Shown here piece by piece: positions 58,064-64,000 of a DNA stretch of 64,000 nucleotides. Below the pieces are notes generated by a model. It was not told the DNA's origin and searched no databases. It saw only the letters and a program-made list of their open reading frames with translations. The position numbers and the translations under genes were made by a program. Source of the stretch: Candidatus Methylomirabilia bacterium (GTDB taxonomy: Bacteria > Methylomirabilota > Methylomirabilia > Rokubacteriales > CSP1-6); the NCBI GenBank assembly GCA_041496385.1, contig JBGQEL010000002.1:1-64000 (forward strand), written 5' to 3'. Within the stretch, counting starts at the first letter, position 1, and every line of letters starts with the position of its first letter.

Positions 58064-60321
58064 ATGCGGAACGCGATGATCGGAGCCAGCCACCCGCGCC
58101 TCGGCGGCGAGCGTCTCGTGACCGGCCGCGGCCGGTTCGTCGCCGACGTCCGGCCGCCGGGCCTGCTCGAGGCGGCGGTGCTCCGGTCGCCGTACGCCCA
58201 CGCGCGCGTGCAACGCGTGGACGCCTCGCGGGCGCTGCGACTGCGCGGCGTGCGCGCCGTCCTCACCGCCGCGGACGTGCCCGCGAACGCCATCATTCCC
58301 AACCGCGTGCCCGCGCCCGACGGCGCGGCGCGCTATCTCCAGCCCGCGATCGCGCGCGACGTCGCCCGCTACGCGGGCGAGCCCGTCGCGCTCGTCGTGG
58401 CCGACGACCGGTACGTCGCCGCGGACGCGCTGGAGCTGATCCGCGTGGACTGGGCGCCGCTCCCCGCGTGCGCGACCGTGGCCGCCGCGCTCGCGCCCGA
58501 CGCGCCGCGGCTCTTCGCCGGCACCGACGGCAACAACGTCGCGACGATCCGGATGCGGGTCGGCGACGCCGGCGCGGCGCTGGCCGCCGCGCACCTCGTC
58601 GTCCGCGACCGCTTCCGCCACCCGCGGCAGACGGCGGCCGCCCTCGAGACGCGCGGGCTCGTCGCCGTGCCGCCCGATCCGCGCGGCGGCGAGCTGCACC
58701 TGATCGGCTCGACCAAGTGCATCCACATCAACCGCGGCATCCTCGCGCCGATCTTCGGGATCCCGCCCGGCGCGCTGCGCCTCACCGAGGTGGACGTGGG
58801 CGGCGGCTTCGGCGTCCGAGGCGAGCTCTACCCGGAGGACATCCTCGTCCCGCTCGCCGCGCTCAAGCTCGGCCGGCCCGTCCGCTGGATCGAGGAGCGT
58901 CGCGAGAACCTCGTCGCGGCGAACCACGCGCGCGATACCGAGTACGACCTCGAGATCGGGCTCGACGCCGCCGGACACATCCTCGTGATGCGGGCCGTGA
59001 TCCACGCCGACATCGGCGCGTACGTGCGGACGGCGGCGCTGGTGCCCGCCGAGTTCGGCGCGGCGCTCCTGCCCGGGCCGTACCGCGTGCCGGCGTACGC
59101 GTGCGACCTCTGGAGCGTCGTGACGAACAAGACGCCCGTCGGCACGCTCCGCTCGCCCGGCCGGCCCGAGTGCAACTTCGCGCGCGAGCGGCTGCTGGAC
59201 GTCGCGGCCGCGCGGCTCGGGCTGGACCCGGCCGAGATCAGGCGGCGGAACCTCATCCGCCCGGAGGAGATGCCGTACGAGACGGGGACGACGTCCTTCG
59301 GGGCCACGACCGTCTACGACTCGGGCGATTTTCCCGCCCTCTTCGACGAGCTGCTGAAGCGGCTCGACTACGACGGTGCGCGCAACGCGCAACGCGCGCT
59401 GGCCGCGCGTGGCGTGCGGCGCGGCATCGGGCTGGCCGCCTACGTCGAGAAGACCGGGCTCGGGCCGTTCGAGACCGCGCACGTGGAGGCGAAGTCGGAC
59501 GGCACCTTCACCGTGGACACCGGGGCCTCGTCCATGGGGCCGGGGCTCGAGACCGTGCTGGCGCAGATCCTCGGCGAGGCGCTCGGCCTGCCGGCGGACC
59601 GCTTCGTCGTCCGGCACCCGGACACGGCGGCCATCGAGAGCGGCGTGGGCACCTACGGCTCGCGCGGCACGGTGATGGCGGGCAACGCCGCGCACCTCGC
59701 CGCCGCCCGGCTCGTCGAGGAGGCGCGCACGCGTGCCGCGGCGCTGCTCGGCGCGCCCGCGGACGAGATCTTCTATGCGCGCGGCGTCCTCGGCCGGGGC
59801 GCCCGGCGCGTCAGCCTCGCCGAGCTGGCCGCGCACGGGCCGCTGGCCGCCGGCGCCTCGTTCACCGTCGCCAAGGTCACGTACGCCGGCTGCGCCGTCG
59901 CCGTCGTGCTCGACGTGGACGAGGCGACGGGACAGGTGCGCCTGCGGCGCGTCGTGGTCGGCGCCGACGTAGGCCGCGCGGTCAATCCGGCGCTGATCGA
60001 GGGCCAGCTCGTCGGCGGCGTCGCATTCGGCATCGGCAACGCGCTGCACGAGAGCCTCGAGTACGACGCGGCGGGTCAGCCGCTCTGCGGCAGCCTCCTC
60101 GACTACGCGCTGCCGCTCGCGGGCGACGTGCCGCCGATCGAGGGCTTCTTCCAGGAGATCGCCGCGCGGACCAATCCGCTCGGGCTGCGCGGCCTCGGCG
60201 AGTGCGGCAACCCCGGCCTCGGCGCGGCGATCGCCAACGCCGTCTGCGACGCGTTTCGCGACCGCGGCGTCGCGCTGACCGCGCTCCCGCTCACGCCCGC
60301 GCGGGTTCGCGCGGCGCTCGG

Positions 60322-60325
<4 letters not shown>
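58064..60325 (+). CDS. xanthine dehydrogenase/CoxL-family molybdopterin-binding large subunit
   Basis: RSPYAHA, DVGGGFG, GTYGSR, EGQLVGG, GLGE; start may be 58076. Confidence 0.9.
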
Positions 60326-61021
<696 letters not shown>

Positions 61022-61029
<8 letters not shown>

Positions 61030-62824
61030 GCGACGTCTCCACCGCCGAGCCGAGATACGCCTCGATCACCTTCGGGTCCTGCTGGACCTCCTTCGTCGTG
61101 CCCTCGGCGATCTTCTCGCCGAAATCGAGGACCGTCACGACATCGGAGATGCCCATGATGAGCTCCATGTGGTGCTCGATGACGACCTGCGTGACGCCGG
61201 CCGCGCGGATGTCGCGGATGATCTTGGAGAGGTGGTGAAGCTCCGTCGGGTTGACGCCAGCCGCGGGCTCGTCGAGCAGCAGGAGCCGCGGGCGCACCGC
61301 GAGCGCGCGCGCGATCTCGAGCAGCCGCTGCTGGCCGTACGAGAGGTTCTGCGCGATCTCTTGCGCGCGATCTGCGATCCCGACGACCTCCAGGAGCGCC
61401 ATCGCCTTCCGGCGGAACACCGCCTCCTCCTCCACCGCGCCGCGCGTCCGGAGCAGGTGCGCGACGAGACCTGCGCGCAGATGAAGGTGGAAGCCGGCCA
61501 TCACGTTCTCGAGCACGCTGAGGTCGCCGAAGAGGCGGATCGACTGAAACGTGCGCGTGACGCCGAGCGCGGCCATACGGTGAGGCGAGGTACCGGCGAC
61601 CGCCGTCCCCTCGAACTCCACCGCGCCGCTCGAGGGCTCGTAGAGGCCGGTCAGCACGTTCACGAACGTGGACTTGCCCGAGCCGTTCGGTCCGATGAGG
61701 CCGTGGACGACGCCGGGGCGTACGGCGAGCGTCACCCGGTTGAGTGCCCGGATGCCGCCGAAGTTGCGGCTCAGGTCGCGCACGGCCATCACCGGGCGTT
61801 CCCCGTCGCCCGCGACGGCGAAGACGAACGCGGCGCGGTCGGGCTCGATCGCCGCCGGCGGGCGGCGGAAGCGTTGCCACACGCGCATCTTGAGCACGCT
61901 GCCGACGATCCCGTCCGGTAGGAAGACGATCGTCACGAGGATGATCCCGCCGTAGATGTAGAGGTGATACTCGTGCAGCTTCGCGAAGATCGTCGGGATC
62001 AGGTTGAGGATCACGCTCCCGACGAGCGGGCCGTAGAGCGTGCCGCTCCCGCCCATCAGCACCGACGTCAGCAGCGAGACCGACAGGCCGAACACGAACG
62101 TGTCGCTGTTGATGAAGCCGTTCTGGTGGGCGAAGAAGACGCCGCCGATCCCCGCGTACACCGAGCTGATCACGAAGGCCAGGACCTTCCAGCGGTACAC
62201 GTTGATCCCGACCGTCTCCGCCGCGACCTCGCTGCCGCGGAGGGCCAGCAGCGTGCGCCCGACGCGCCCCGTCAAGAGATTGTTCGCGAGCAGCTGGCAG
62301 ACGATCGCCGTTCCGGCGATCAGCCAGAAATACTGGGTCGGGCTGAGCTCTGCGCCGCCGGGGAGCTTCGGCCCGGGGATGCCCATGATTCCCATCGGCC
62401 CGCCGGTGAGGCTCCAGCGGTTCGCGGTCACCTCGGCCATGAAGCCGAACGCGACCGTGACCATCGCCAGGTATGGGCCCTTGGCGCGGAGCGACGGCAG
62501 CGCCAGGAGCGCGCCGAAGACGCCAGCCAGGACGACGCCGGCGGGGGCGCTCAGCCAGAAGGGCCAGCCGAGCCTCGTCGTCGCGAGCGCCGACGTGTAC
62601 GCGCCGACGGCGTAGAGCCCCGCGTGGCCGAGCGAGATCTGGCCCGTCCAGCCGACGAGGATGTCGAGGCCGAGCGTCGCGATGTAGAGGTACGCGAGCG
62701 ACTGCAGCACGAGGATGAAGAACGGGTCCGCCAGAATCAGCGGGAGCGCCGCGACGCCAAGGGCAACGACGAGAAGCATCCCCCAGTGGCGGGGGCCCGT
62801 GTGGGCGAAGACCGGCGGGCGCAC
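61022..62824 (-). CDS. fused LivM-type permease and LivG-type ATPase
   Basis: GQISLGH and PDGIVG permease motifs, then GPNGSGKS, LSYGQQ, DEPAAG. Confidence 0.9.
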
Positions 62825-62825
62825 G

Positions 62826-63713
62826 CTAGACCTTCTCGACGTCCTTCTTGCCCATGAGACCCGTCGGCCGCAGAGCCAGGATCAACAAAATGAACAGGAA
62901 GGTGATGCCTTCCTTCAGGTTCGAGCTGATGACGCCGAAGAACTGCTCGAGCAGGCCGATCACGAGGCCGCCGATGAGAATGCCGATCGGGTTCTCGAGG
63001 CCGCCAAAGATCGCCGCGGCGAACGCCTTGATGCCGGGCACGGTGCCCATGTACGCCCACGCGAAGGTGATCGGCGCGATCAGGACCCCCCCGAGCCCCG
63101 CCATGGCGGACGAGATGACGAACGCGAGCACGATCATCCGCTGCACGTTGATCCCCATCACCGCCGCGGCGTTCCGGTTGTGGGCGACGGCGGTGAGCGC
63201 CTTACCGAGGACGGCGCGCTTGAGAAAGATCTGGACGAGCAGCACGGTGCCGATGGCGGCGACGATGATGAAGAGCTCCTGGGGGAAGATGCCGGCCTGG
63301 CCGAACCGGAGGACCGTGTCGCCGAAGGGCGACGGGAACTTGATCTGCTCGGGCCCCCAGAGCTGCACCGCCGCGTTTTTCAGAATGATGCTGACGGCGA
63401 CCGTGGAGAGCACCCACGACAGCGAGAGCGCGTGGCGGAGGACGGGGCGAATCGCCACGCGTTCGAGGCCGACGCCCATGAGCCCGACGAGCAGCACCGC
63501 GCCCCCGATCGCGACCGCGTACGGCAGGCCCAGCGTCACATAACATGTGAGACCGAAGAGCGCGCCTATCATCAGGAACTCGCCCTGGCCGAAGTTGAGC
63601 GCGCCCGTGGTGATGAAGGTGACGTAGTAGCCCTGGGCGATCAGCGCATACACGCTACCGACGGAGAGGCCGCTCACGAGGGCCTGCCAGAGCTTGACGA
63701 GTAGAGCGTCCAT
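62826..63713 (-). CDS. livH: branched-chain amino acid-type ABC permease
   Basis: GSVYALIA, NFGQGEF, KAFAAAIFGG, RPTGL. Confidence 0.88.
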   Translation of the reverse strand: MDALLVKLWQALVSGLSVGSVYALIAQGYYVTFITTGALNFGQGEFLMIGALFGLTCYVTLGLPYAVAIGGAVLLVGLMGVGLERVAIRPVLRHALSLSWVLSTVAVSIILKNAAVQLWGPEQIKFPSPFGDTVLRFGQAGIFPQELFIIVAAIGTVLLVQIFLKRAVLGKALTAVAHNRNAAAVMGINVQRMIVLAFVISSAMAGLGGVLIAPITFAWAYMGTVPGIKAFAAAIFGGLENPIGILIGGLVIGLLEQFFGVISSNLKEGITFLFILLILALRPTGLMGKKDVEKV

Positions 63714-63780
63714 GGGTCCCGGGTGACGCGACGGGGCCGCCGCGGGGCAGCCCCGCCGTCCGAGGGTCGCCGGCGACGGG

Positions 63781-64000
63781 TCAGTCGGCGCGAACCAGCT
63801 TGCCGTTCTTCCAGACGGCCAGGAAGCCGCTCTCGCGACCGAGGGCCTCATGGTTGTCCTTGCTGTACGGCCGCGGCTTCATCTTGGTGACGGGATCGGT
63901 GAAATCGCTGATCTCCTCGAGCGCGTCGCGGATCTTCTTCGGGTCCGGCCCGACGCGGTCGAGCGCGCGCAGCACCAGGCGGGCGCCGTCATAGGTCTGC
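63781..64000 (-). CDS. C-terminus of an ABC substrate-binding protein (partial, runs off the window)
   Basis: 'YDGARL...KIRDALE...WKNGKLV' upstream of livH. Confidence 0.7.
   Translation of the reverse strand, partial: QTYDGARLVLRALDRVGPDPKKIRDALEEISDFTDPVTKMKPRPYSKDNHEALGRESGFLAVWKNGKLVRAD

Overview
A very GC-rich, gene-dense bacterial chromosomal window with about 60 genes, mostly metabolic and transport. The many LLM oxidoreductases, MFS/ABC transporters and DinB, TauE and FecR/TPR genes suggest Candidatus Rokubacteria or a similar soil lineage; this is inferred from gene content only. Main blocks: a 2-oxoacid dehydrogenase E1beta-E2-E3 operon; a sulfite reductase-siroheme-ATP-grasp-peroxiredoxin operon with a structured leader; prpE; two FecR-domain genes near a TPR/outer-membrane barrel gene, a DUF2723 glycosyltransferase and an adenylate cyclase; mscL/mscS; leuCD; a thiolase; pepP; an orphan molybdo-hydroxylase large subunit; and a Liv-type ABC operon. 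I found no rRNA, tRNA, CRISPR array or transposase. The most unusual signal is two long hairpins inside protein linkers (1231-1313 and 44812-44901) whose stems differ but whose loops share a 17/18-nt core translated as LGTTLA, suggesting an in-frame palindromic element family. Also notable: an intergenic element with perfect 37-bp inverted repeats, several genes with internal deletions, and many apparently leaderless promoters.
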